Below, in pieces: positions 38,968-49,800 of a stretch of DNA of 64,000 nt (within the stretch, counting starts at the first letter, position 1; each line of letters starts with the position of its first letter). The stretch is from positions 512,001-576,000 of the forward strand of contig OY970172.1 in the NCBI GenBank assembly GCA_963707655.1. The letters are read 5' to 3'. The notes beneath the pieces were generated by a model. That model searched no databases. It was given only the letters and a program-made list of their open reading frames with translations, and had not been told where the DNA came from. The translations under genes and the position numbers were made by a program. This DNA comes from an uncultured bacterium. Lineage in GTDB: Bacteria > Babelota > Babeliae > Babelales > Vermiphilaceae.

Positions 38968-39941
38968 GCACAGCTGTTGCGTTACTCGGCGACGGTGCAT
39001 GGGGAACTGCCGTGGCTACCCTGCTGGCGCATAATGGCTATGAAGTCAGATTGTGGTGCAATACGCTGAGCGTAGCGCAAGCAATTAAACAAACAAGAAT
39101 CAACCAACGCTATCTGCCTGATACCCTACTCTCCCCTTTAATCAAACCAACTGCCGATTTAGGTGCAGCACTCGACGATGTAGAATGGATATTTGAAGCC
39201 GTTCCCGTGCGCCATATGCGCGCTGTTATTACCCAAGCAAAGCCGTTTATTCATAAAGATCAACGCTGGGTGATATTGAGTAAAGGTATGGAGCAAAATA
39301 GTCTTATGCTACCAAGTCAGATTATTGATGATGTACTTGGCTATACCAGCACAACGGCGATTCTTGCCGGGCCAACTTTTGCACAAGAATTGGCAGCAGA
39401 AAAAATTTCAGCTGTCGATATAGCGGCACCAACAGCCAAATGCGGCAATGAATTGCAAACTTTGGTTAATAACAGTTATTTCAATTCATACGTTTCATCA
39501 GACATGATTGGTGTTCAAATCTGCAGCGCTTTGAAAAATGTGATAGCGCTCGCGTTGGGCATGCTCGATGGTGCCGGTTATGCGCAAAACACCAAAGCCT
39601 TTATGCTTACGCGTGGATTGCACGATATGGCTACCTTGTCTGTTGCCTTGGGCGGCACAAGCGAAACAGTCTACGGCTTGTGCGGTGTTGGGGATCTTGT
39701 CCTGACCGCAACAAGCGCCGTGAGCAAAAATATGCGTCTTGGTCAGCAACTGGGTCGGGGCGAAAAACTTGATGCTTTAGAAGCGGAATTAGGTGTGCTT
39801 CCTGAGGGAATCAACACGGTTCAATCGGTGCATCAATTAATGCAAAGGCATAATATAGATTTGCCGGTGTGCCAAGGCATGTATCAAGTGCTATTTCAAA
39901 ACATGCCAGTGGCAAAGTTTGTATCGTGTTTAATTGAATAA
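38964..39941 (+). CDS. gpsA: NAD(P)H-dependent glycerol-3-phosphate dehydrogenase
   Basis: GDGAWGTA, SKG, GPTFA, ALKNVIA, GVGDLVLT motifs. Confidence 0.95.
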   Translation: MSTAVALLGDGAWGTAVATLLAHNGYEVRLWCNTLSVAQAIKQTRINQRYLPDTLLSPLIKPTADLGAALDDVEWIFEAVPVRHMRAVITQAKPFIHKDQRWVILSKGMEQNSLMLPSQIIDDVLGYTSTTAILAGPTFAQELAAEKISAVDIAAPTAKCGNELQTLVNNSYFNSYVSSDMIGVQICSALKNVIALALGMLDGAGYAQNTKAFMLTRGLHDMATLSVALGGTSETVYGLCGVGDLVLTATSAVSKNMRLGQQLGRGEKLDALEAELGVLPEGINTVQSVHQLMQRHNIDLPVCQGMYQVLFQNMPVAKFVSCLIE

Positions 39942-41300
39942 AAGTCGTCTTGCAGCCGCATAAGATGACTCTGCGTTTGTAGGAATTGCTTCTTCATCGT
40001 CACTATCATCACCTTCTTTTAATAGACTTAATTGCCGCCCGCTTTCTTCATTATACAGGGAGTCATTTAATAAGTACCGAGCCCTAGAAGCAAAAGGACT
40101 ATTTCCTAATAATGGGTGTGCTGCCGTAGTCAAATATTTTATGCTATCCTCGCTTGTCAAAGAATGGTGACTGGCTAACATAAGACCTGCGAAAGATGCT
40201 TTTTTAGGACTTTTATTTGAAGTGTGCACATGTTTTAGTGATTTTTCCGTTCTATCTTTTAGCTTTTCAAGTTCTTCCAGGCTAAGTTTATGAAAATCAA
40301 CGGAATTTTCTATGCAAACCAGCAACGTTAAAGCGCGATCTCGTAACAACGTGTTATGCTTTTGCCGAACCAGAACTTCTAAATTGGTAGTTAAACTAGA
40401 TCGCAAGATTCCTTGGTCAACTGCTTGCCGCTGGGCGCCAGGTGATGGCACCAGATCCAACCGATTTAACACTTTACTGTACTCATAAATCGCAAGGACA
40501 CGAGCATAGGGATTGCAACCGTCAATATTAATCGCTTCTTCCAGCCGCTTCATTCCTTTGCGCACATCTGCTGAACATTCTTCGCTCTTGCCCTGAGCGA
40601 TCCACTTGAGTGCATTATGAAGCAGCGCAGTTGATTGTATATAAGGATCAGCGTCATGAATCAAGGCCTCTGCTCCATCTAAAAGCAGTTCTTTCCTCTC
40701 GGGATCAGCCAATCTTAAGATATTGCTAATTCTGCCACTTGGGTCTCTGATTACATCTACATCGGAGCCAAGGCGAACATAAGGGATAGTGTTGTCTTCT
40801 CCAAGCTTTGCAAGATATATATCAATTTCGCCTATTGGCTTGAGTTGATTGAGAGGATTTGTCTTACCGGCACCTTTAACAATTTCAGGAAAATCTTGCC
40901 CATAAAACCAATGCAATATGCTTGTAGAGAAAAAATGTTTGTGCATGTTGTTTTTATCTGGGGTTGCAGTAGTGACCCTGCAAACAAGAAGCGGTAAGCC
41001 GGCAGCAGCTTTTTCTCTCCACAAATCTCTGAATCTTTGTCCGGTTATTGCCTCATTAGCTTCCAATTCCAGAGATCCGCCTTGTCGCTTTGCATTGATG
41101 CCGTTTGCTCCAAGAATAACCTGCTGAGGATTTAGATTATCTATTGCTGGTATAATGCCATCATAATTATCACGGATCGCATAAACTTCTGGCACTGTTA
41201 TATCGGCCTCTTCAACAAAATCCATACCATAGGCGCATGGTTTCGCTGCTGTAAGCATAAAAATGGTGAATAATATTTTTTTTGATGATAGAAATTTCAT
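39930..41300 (-). CDS. Secreted hypothetical protein, helical C-terminal half
   Basis: 456 aa; leader ending AYG-MD; acidic tail. Confidence 0.7.
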   Translation of the reverse strand: MKFLSSKKILFTIFMLTAAKPCAYGMDFVEEADITVPEVYAIRDNYDGIIPAIDNLNPQQVILGANGINAKRQGGSLELEANEAITGQRFRDLWREKAAAGLPLLVCRVTTATPDKNNMHKHFFSTSILHWFYGQDFPEIVKGAGKTNPLNQLKPIGEIDIYLAKLGEDNTIPYVRLGSDVDVIRDPSGRISNILRLADPERKELLLDGAEALIHDADPYIQSTALLHNALKWIAQGKSEECSADVRKGMKRLEEAINIDGCNPYARVLAIYEYSKVLNRLDLVPSPGAQRQAVDQGILRSSLTTNLEVLVRQKHNTLLRDRALTLLVCIENSVDFHKLSLEELEKLKDRTEKSLKHVHTSNKSPKKASFAGLMLASHHSLTSEDSIKYLTTAAHPLLGNSPFASRARYLLNDSLYNEESGRQLSLLKEGDDSDDEEAIPTNAESSYAAARRLLFN

Positions 41301-41350
41301 GAATATAACTCGAGATTTTTTTGTTTGTTACTTTGTTATCTATAAAGGAC

Positions 41351-42769
41351 TTAAGAAGTAATGCAAGAGGATACATCAACGGAAGAAAGCATCTTATTCC
41401 ACAGACCATCATATCGTCTTGACACCGCATCTTTTATGTTTGCATTGTTTGATTGTTTTAATTGAGCCATAAGCTCATCGGGAATAGCTTCGCGCTGAGA
41501 ATAATTTTTTTCTGCTAAAAGGAGTGCCACGATATCTCCAAGCGAAGCAGTGTTTGTTAGTGCTCGATGGGTATAATAAATATGCGGGTAAAGCTTGTCC
41601 AATCCATTTGTTCTGATGACTCCATTCACTAACACAAAGGTTGCATCGGGAGATAGTTGATGCCCACACCAGCGCGGATTCTTTCCTTTGTAAGACCGTA
41701 AAGTTATTTGTTTGTTACAATCAAATAATTCATCAGGTATATAACTACAGTCTGTACTCGGTACGTGTTGCGTGCCAACGAGAAACGCTGCATCATCACT
41801 CAATTCATAAGGCAAAGAGACGCGTCGCGCAAGAATTTTATAATCACCGGTAGTGCAATCAGTGAGCAAAAGATCACATGTGCGACCGTCAAACAAATAT
41901 TGGTCCCAATTATTCGCGACGGATGCAATAAAAGAATGTTTATTCACAAACTTTATATCTCCCACTGTATTACCATAGGAAATTGCTCTGATCGTTTCGC
42001 CGCTTTGCGCATCATCAAGATACACCGTTTTGCTATCTCTTCGTATTTTTATTTTTTCATCAAAAGAAACTATTTCTGTAGGGTTTTCTTCTTCTGCAGG
42101 CGATATCTGATCGAGCCGGCACGGAGAAAGTGTTTTACTGGGAATATGGTATTGCCAAGCTAGCTGAGTAGTTTGAGGATTTGCGCTTTTGAATAGTATT
42201 GATGCGCTGTCTTGCGAGAACATAAAATCAGAAGTGAAAAAGCCACGATCACCCCACTGGTATCCAAGCTCGGAAGAATAAACAGTTTCTTCTTCTCCTG
42301 TTGGTACATGAATGACAACCAGAGTGTCATGAGGCAAGTTAAAACGATTATTGTGAAATCTTTTTTGTGCAATATATGCTACATATGATGAATCAGGACT
42401 TATCTTTACAAATTCTGGATGCATTTCTAGAGCCGATAGACTAATTGCCTGTGCATCATTAATAGTTTCAAGAATATTAGCATGTTCTAAGACAATCTCT
42501 TTTTTTAATATGTCTTGTATACCTTGGGGAATATTTGCAATATTTGATCTCAAGTGTGACAGATTTTTTATTGCGCTGCGCGCTGCGATTTGTTGCAATG
42601 TTAGGATTGGAGGGAATTGTCTTTCTTGGGCAGGAATAATGGGGAATGATTTTTGCACTGCCCCTTGATCCATGGCGTAGCAGACCGATGCGATTGATAC
42701 AAAAAATATAAGATTGACCACCGACTTGGGTGCTAATCTGTGCAAAAATGATAATTTCATATGAAACAA
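41351..42769 (-). CDS. Secreted beta-propeller-like protein with N-terminal BC-box-like helix
   Basis: Leader ending CYA-MD; ILTLQQIAARSAI; ISPDSSYVA, FSQDSASI and LSPDATFV blade motifs. Confidence 0.65.
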   Translation of the reverse strand: MFHMKLSFLHRLAPKSVVNLIFFVSIASVCYAMDQGAVQKSFPIIPAQERQFPPILTLQQIAARSAIKNLSHLRSNIANIPQGIQDILKKEIVLEHANILETINDAQAISLSALEMHPEFVKISPDSSYVAYIAQKRFHNNRFNLPHDTLVVIHVPTGEEETVYSSELGYQWGDRGFFTSDFMFSQDSASILFKSANPQTTQLAWQYHIPSKTLSPCRLDQISPAEEENPTEIVSFDEKIKIRRDSKTVYLDDAQSGETIRAISYGNTVGDIKFVNKHSFIASVANNWDQYLFDGRTCDLLLTDCTTGDYKILARRVSLPYELSDDAAFLVGTQHVPSTDCSYIPDELFDCNKQITLRSYKGKNPRWCGHQLSPDATFVLVNGVIRTNGLDKLYPHIYYTHRALTNTASLGDIVALLLAEKNYSQREAIPDELMAQLKQSNNANIKDAVSRRYDGLWNKMLSSVDVSSCITS

Positions 42770-42893
42770 TTTTCCGATGTTGTGTATTGTTTTATTATGA
42801 GCTCCCCCGTACTCATCAATGTATCATTTTTTTGCTCAACGGCAAATTTTAGCCTGGTGAATGTATGAAAAAACGCTTCGAGTAAAGGGGTTT

Positions 42894-43724
42894 TTATCGT
42901 TTTTTTGCCTGGCGCGCCTTGGCATGGGCTATCGCCGTAGCTTTAGGCACAGTTCGCTTGCGCAGGCTTGCCTGCAGCATTGTGCTGAGTGTTGTTTTTT
43001 TCGTTTGTATCGATTTCTTTTTTTTGACGGTTGTTTTTGGTTTTCTTTTTTTGCTTTCTTGAATTGCCTGTTCCAAGCGTTGCTCAAAGGTATCTTTGTA
43101 TTTTTTCAAATCAAATTTCTTTTTAGAAAATTGCTCAATAAGCTGTTTTGCCAATTTTAATTCTATGCTACTGAGTTTTGGTTTGCTGTCCAATTCATGT
43201 ATGGTTTCCATATTTTTGATTTCATAGGCATAATTGATCGTGGTGAGCAGCAAGCCTTTTTCATAGGGAGCAATGGCGCATACATGCTCTTTGTCATGCA
43301 TAACAAAATTACCAATTGCTACTTTGCCCGACGCGCTGAGCGCCTGCTGAAAAAGGAAAAATTCCTTCTCATTCATTTTAGAAGGAGCAAGATAATAATG
43401 TGCATCAAAATAAATAGTTTGTAGATTGTCCCTATCAACAAACTCCATGAGAGCGATAGTATCGGATCGTTCAGGCTTTAATTTCTTTAGATTCTCTTGC
43501 GTTAAGATAAAGTAACTGCCATCCGGTTGTTTTAATCCTTTGACCGTATCCTGCCAAGAAACTTGTTTGTTGCAATCGCGGCACCAGCGTTCATAGACAA
43601 TAGGTGAATGGCATTTTGCGCAGAGGAGCGTAAAGCCGGGAGTGCGGGGAGCAATGGCAGAATAAAGTTTTACCGTAATATTTACTAAACCAAATGAGAG
43701 TGATCCGCTCCAGATTGCTTTCAT
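42894..43724 (-). CDS. ku: NHEJ protein Ku
   Basis: MKAIWSGSLSFGLVNITVKLYSA, YYLAP, ELKLAKQLIE, YKDTF motifs; basic tail. Confidence 0.93.
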   Translation of the reverse strand: MKAIWSGSLSFGLVNITVKLYSAIAPRTPGFTLLCAKCHSPIVYERWCRDCNKQVSWQDTVKGLKQPDGSYFILTQENLKKLKPERSDTIALMEFVDRDNLQTIYFDAHYYLAPSKMNEKEFFLFQQALSASGKVAIGNFVMHDKEHVCAIAPYEKGLLLTTINYAYEIKNMETIHELDSKPKLSSIELKLAKQLIEQFSKKKFDLKKYKDTFEQRLEQAIQESKKRKPKTTVKKKKSIQTKKTTLSTMLQASLRKRTVPKATAIAHAKARQAKKR

Positions 43725-43743
43725 TATTTTTCCTCTATGTTTC

Positions 43744-43807
43744 AAAAAAAATCTCTTGCTTTTTCATCATGCGGTGAACAGGTGATGAGAAGCAAGAGAT
43801 TTTTTTA
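43744..43807. terminator. Long hairpin terminator after the giant gene
   Basis: AAAAAAATCTCTTGCTT...TCATCA / TGATGA...AAGCAAGAGATTTTTTT. Confidence 0.7.
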
Positions 43808-43818
43808 TAATCGGTTTA

Positions 43819-46800
43819 TTAACTCATCATTTTTTCTACACATTTCTCCAGATCGAGGCAGCGTTTGCAGAGCTCCTCTATTCGCTGTTGCTGCAATTCA
43901 ATTTTCTGCTGCTGCTCCTGCCAGCCCTTGAGAAGTAGTGCATGCAATTGACTGTAACGGACAGCCTCAATTTCCCCCGCCAAATTATGAACTACCAATT
44001 CTGGATAAATTTCATAAACATCTTCTGCGATCAATCCATATTGTTTTCTTTTTTCATCGTCGCTCTTATAAGTAAACTGCACCGGATCCAATTGCATTAG
44101 TTGATTGCTCGTAGCAGACAAAGGCTGAATGTTATCTTTATGGCGTCTGGAGGATGTCGGATTGGTTAATTGACCAGAAGTAGTGATATCAACTGCGGTT
44201 CCAGTGGTAGTATTGCCATGGATCCCCGCAATAAAGCATGTGGTTTGCGTTCCTTGAGTACCAATGTAAATGCTGGTTGTTGTCGCGGACACAGGTGTAG
44301 TCGAACCAATAACGATATTGTTTGAACCTGTAGTCATCGCACTGCCGGCATTATAACCAATAGCAATATTGTTAGTACCTGTGGTAATGGCCGCACCGGC
44401 TTGATAGCCGATGGCGGTGTTTTCAGTGCCCGTCGTATTTGCTGTTAAGCTGTTGTAACCAATCGCCGTATTATTGGCACCCGTGGTGTTTGCCTTAAGA
44501 GCTTGATAACCCACGGCAGTATTATCGGCGCCAGTAGTGTTTGCTGTCAATGCCTGATACCCAACCGCAGTATTTGAAGCACCCGTCGTATTTGCTTTTA
44601 ATGTTTCATAGCCAATAGCTGTGTCGCCAGTACCGGTTGTATTATTTTGCAATGCAGCATAACCAAACGCACTGTTTGGACTTGCGGTATTCTTGTTCAG
44701 CGCTTGCCAACCAATAGCCGTATTGTTTGAACTGGTAACATTTGCTTGCAATGCCTGATACCCTTCAGCCACATTGCCAGAACCGGTAGTATTCGCTTGC
44801 AATGTTTCATAGCCGATAGCGGTATTTTGCACACCCGTTGTATTACTTTGCAATGCCGCGTAACCAACAGCCGTGTTGGGAGAGCCGGTGTTAGCAGCCA
44901 GAGCATTGTTGCCGATAGCAACACTATTTGAAGCAGTGACGTTTGCGCCCAAGGCATTGTTACCAACTGCGACGTTGGCAGAACCGGTCGTGTTTGCATC
45001 AAGAGTTTGATAACCCAGAGCAACGTTATTTATACCGGTGTTGTTGACCAGCAATGCCTGATAACCAACAGCGGTGTTGGGAGTGCCGGTAGAATTTGCT
45101 GCTAAAGCACTGGTACCAACGGCGGTATTGTTTGCTGCGGTGTTAGCGGCCAGAGCACTGTTACCAACAGCAACACTATTTGAAGCAGTGGTATTGGCAA
45201 CCAAGGCACTATTCCCTATCGCGACATTTGCAGAACCAGTTGTATTTGCAACAAGGGCATTGTAGCCGACAGCAACGTTATTCGCACCGGTGGTGTTGAC
45301 AAACAATGCATTGTAACCAATAGCGGTGTTCAGAGTTCCGGTGGTATTGAACAACATGGCATTAGTACCAACAGCAGTATTGTTTGATGCGGTATTCAAA
45401 GTAAGGGCACCGTAGCCAATAGCGGTATTGTTTGATCCGCCAGTATTCACAGACAAAGCCTGATAACCAAAAGCGGTATTATCCGTACCTGAAGCTAATT
45501 TATTTAATGCTTGATAACCAACACCCGTATTGTCAGAACCGGTTACACTACTATTACCTGCACCTAAACCGATGAGCGTGTTGAGCAGTGTTGGTGAGGT
45601 TGTATACAATGCCATTGTTGAACTATTGGTTGGTGAGAACATCACCGTTGACCCGGCAGTAGAAAGTGCCTTGAATGCTATTATACCTGAAGCAGGGGTG
45701 ATTGATCCGGCATCGCCATTAACACTCGTAACTGCTCCTAAAGAACTCAATGATTGAAATGTTGGTGATGTTGATGCGCCGGTGCTCGCAAATACATAAC
45801 CACTATTTGCTATGCCGCTTGTGGCACTTAAAAGAGCGCTTGTTGAAGTAGCGCCGGCGATAATGGGCGCATATGGGGTAAAGCTTGTTTGACCGGTTCC
45901 GCCATTGGCAACTGAAACGGTATTAGTCGCGCCAAGCTGTCCCGTTGATGAATTGATAGTAGCAATGTTGGTATTGGCAGTGGTCACTCCGGTGATACCA
46001 CTAATATAGCACGATGTTTGAGTTCCTTGAGTACCAATGCGTGTGGTGTTTGATTCAGCCGCTACACCGCCATTGCCGATATCAATATTGTTAGATCCGG
46101 TTGTCAAAGCAAGACCTGCTTGATAGCCCAAAGCAACGTTATTGCTGCCGACATTATTTTGGAGTGCATTGTTCCCTATAGCAACATTGCTAGAGCCGGT
46201 GGTATTGGAAAACAAGCTAGCGTATCCTACGGCGGTATTGGAAGAGCCGGTGTTGTTGTTGTTCAAAGCAGCGTATCCTATAGCGGTATTACCACCACCG
46301 GTATTGGAAGTCATGGTAGAGTATCCTACTGCGGTATTGCCGGATCCGGTGGTATTGGAAAGCAACGCCTCGTATCCCATGGCAGTATTACCAGAGCCGG
46401 TGTTGCTGTTCAAGGCAGCATACCCTACGGCTGTGTTATTGACCGACGATGGTGAACTATTATTTCCTGCAGCAAGACCTATGAATGTGCTTTTTGTCGT
46501 CGGGCTGGTGACCAAAAGATCTATCGTAGAACCTGAGCCGGAGAATTTTACCGTTGAGCCGGCATTGGAATTCGCGTTAAAAGTAATTACTCCCGAAGAT
46601 GGTGTTGCAGCACCTATATCGCCATCAAAGGTTATAGGTACGCTCCCCGATGTTGCTATGGTAATAGAGTGGGAACCGGGAGTAATAGTAACTCCTGTTC
46701 CTGCTGTTAAGCTAGCCGCTGCCGGTGCTCCACCGGTACTGCCAATGACTAATTGACCATTGGACAACTGGATGCCGCTTAACGCCGATGTTGGAGTTGC

Positions 46801-49800
46801 CCCCGAAATTACAACACTATTGGCTGTAAACGAAGTTGCGCCGGTACCGCCACCTGCTACAACTGCAGTGCCAAATGCAGGATTCGCAGATCCGCCATTT
46901 GAAATTAACGGAACGCCGGCTGTAGATGAAGGGGTTATAGAATTAATTGTATTGCTTGTACCGCCCACCAATACATCATATTGCGTTACTGGATTGCCGG
47001 TAACTGCTGACGTGCCATTGCCAATCAGAACACCAGTAAGAGTTGTTGCGCCAGTGCCGCCGCCGGCTACTGATGCGGTGCCGAATGATGGATTAGCTGC
47101 AGAACCGTTTGAAATCAATGGAACGCCCGTTGTCGCAGAAGGGGCTACGGTTGTTATGGCAGAAGTACCGTTGCCGACTAATACATCGTATTGCGTAAGA
47201 GTTGTTGCACCGGTACCACCATGAGCAACAGTAACCGGTACAAGATCAATAGATAATGAATTTGCGCCGGTTGTGTAGCTGATCGTGCCGCTTGTAGAAG
47301 TTAAGGTGCCAAATGCAGGATACGCGCCGGTTGCCCCAATAAGTACTTGACCATTGGTACCGACCGGTAATGAATGCAAGGCCCCATCGGGAGAACCAAC
47401 CTGTACCGCATTTGGTGTTGTTCCGGCAACATTTACTATTGGCGCCGTTGCGGTGCCGGTAATTGCTATATTATTTCCCGCACTAACTGAAGTTACAATG
47501 CCGCCACCTGCGGTAACTGCTTGCCATGTTGGCAGAGAGGTTGTACCGGTGCTGGTGAGCACATAACCCACATTGCTTTGTCCTGAAGAAGCGCTTTGTA
47601 AATTTCCTGTGGATGTCGAACCACCGGTAATTGGTGCATAGGCAGTAAAGCTCGTATCGCCGGTGCCGCCGCCGGGTACCGTCGCGGTGCCAAAGATTGG
47701 ATCACTTGAAGCCCCATTTGATATTAATGGTATGCCTGCAGATCCGGGTGCAACAAAGCCTACATTTGAAGTGCCTTCACCAAGAAGAACATTGTGCGCG
47801 GTGAGTGTTGGCAAACCGGTGCCGCCATTGGCTACTGAGACCGGTGTAGATAATGAGATTGTTGTTGATCCACCCAAATTCAACGTCCCGCCGCCGGTTA
47901 AGCCGGTGCCAGCAGTGATGGTGAATGGATTTGAAGTTACAGCTCCCAAGGCTACCGTGAACTCGGTTAAATTGAACGATGCGATACCTTTTTGTGTTGA
48001 TGTCGCATTAATGCCACTGATAGTAACGGTTGATCCGCTCCCCGCAGTGGTAATGCCTTGAGTAGGTGATCCGATAATATTTAAGTTGTTGCTTGCCGGG
48101 GTTGCGGTACCTGAATTTTCAGTGAACGTTGTAGGAACTGCTCCAGAAGCTGCAATGGTAATAGAGTTGGCCGCATTGGCAATAGAAATACCAGTTCCCG
48201 GGGTTAAGGTAGCTGCTGCAGGAGCTGCTCCGGTGCTTCCAATTACCACTTGTCCGTTAGTCAAGCTGAGCGAACTCAATGCTGAAGCTCCCGTTGTGCC
48301 TGAAATCACTACTCCATTAGTATTGAATGAAGTTGCGCCCGTGCCACCGCCCGCTACCGATGCGGTGCCAAATGATGGATTAGCTGCAGAACCGTTTGAA
48401 ATCAATGGAACGCCTGTTGCTGCAGAAGGGGCCACGGTTGTTATGGCAGAAGTACCGTTGCCGACCAATACATCGTATTGGGTAAGAGTTGTTGCACCGG
48501 TACCACCATGAGCAACAGTAACAGGTACAAGATCAATAGATAATGAATTTGCGCCGGTTGTGTAGCTGATCGTGCCGCTTGTAGAAGTTAAGGTGCCAAA
48601 TGCAGGATACGCGCCGGTTGCCCCAATAAGTACTTGACCATTGCTACCGACCGGTAATGAATGCAACGCCCCATCGGGAGAACCAACCTGTACCGCATTT
48701 GGTGTTGTTCCGGCAACATTTACTATTGGCGCCGTTGCGGTGCCGGTAATTGCTATGTTATTTCCCGCACTAACTGAAGTTACAATGCCGCCACCTGCGG
48801 TAACTGCTTGCCATGTTGGCAGAGAGGTTGTACCGGTGCTGGTGAGCACATAACCCACATTGCTTTGTCCTGAAGAAGCGCTTTGTAAATTTCCTGTGGA
48901 TGTCGAACCACCGGTAATTGGTGCATAGGCAGTAAAGCTCGTATCGCCGGTGCCGCCGCCGGGTACCGTCGCGGTGCCAAAGATTGGATCACTTGAAGCC
49001 CCATTTGATATTAATGGTATGCCTGCAGATCCGGGTGCAACAAAGCCTACATTTGAAGTGCCTTCACCAAGAAGAACATTGTGCGCGGTGAGTGTTGGCA
49101 AACCGGTGCCGCCATTGGCTACTGAGACCGGTGTAGATAATGAGATAGTGGTTGAGCCACCCAAGGTCAGTGGGCCACCACCGGTTAATCCGGTTCCTGC
49201 GGTGATAGTGAAGTTTTTTGAAGTCACATTGCCATTAGTCACCGCAAAATTGGTTGGACTAAATGAGGCGATACCTTTTTGTGTTGATGTCGCATTAATG
49301 CCAGTGATAGTAACGGTTGATCCGCTCCCCGCAGTGGTAATGCCTTGAGTAGGTGATCCGATAATATTTAAGTTGTTGCTTGCCGGGGTTGCGGTACCTG
49401 AATTTTCAGTGAAAGTTGTAGGAACTGCTCCAGAAGCTGCAATGGTAATAGAGTTGGCCGCATTGGCAATAGAAATACCAGTTCCCGGGGTTAAGGTAGC
49501 TGCTGCAGGAGCTGCTCCGGTGCTTCCAATTACCACTTGTCCGTTGGTCAAACTGAGCGAACTCAATGCTGAAGCTCCCGTTGTTCCTGAAATCACTACT
49601 CCATTAGTATTGAATGAAGTTGCACCCGTGCCACCGCCCGCTACCGATGCGGTGCCAAATGATGGATTAGCTGCAGAACCGTTTGAAATCAATGGAACGC
49701 CTGTTGCTGCAGAAGGGGCCACGGTTGTTATGGCAGAAGTACCGTTGCCGACCAATACATCGTATTGGGTAAGAGTTGTTGCACCGGTACCACCATGAGC

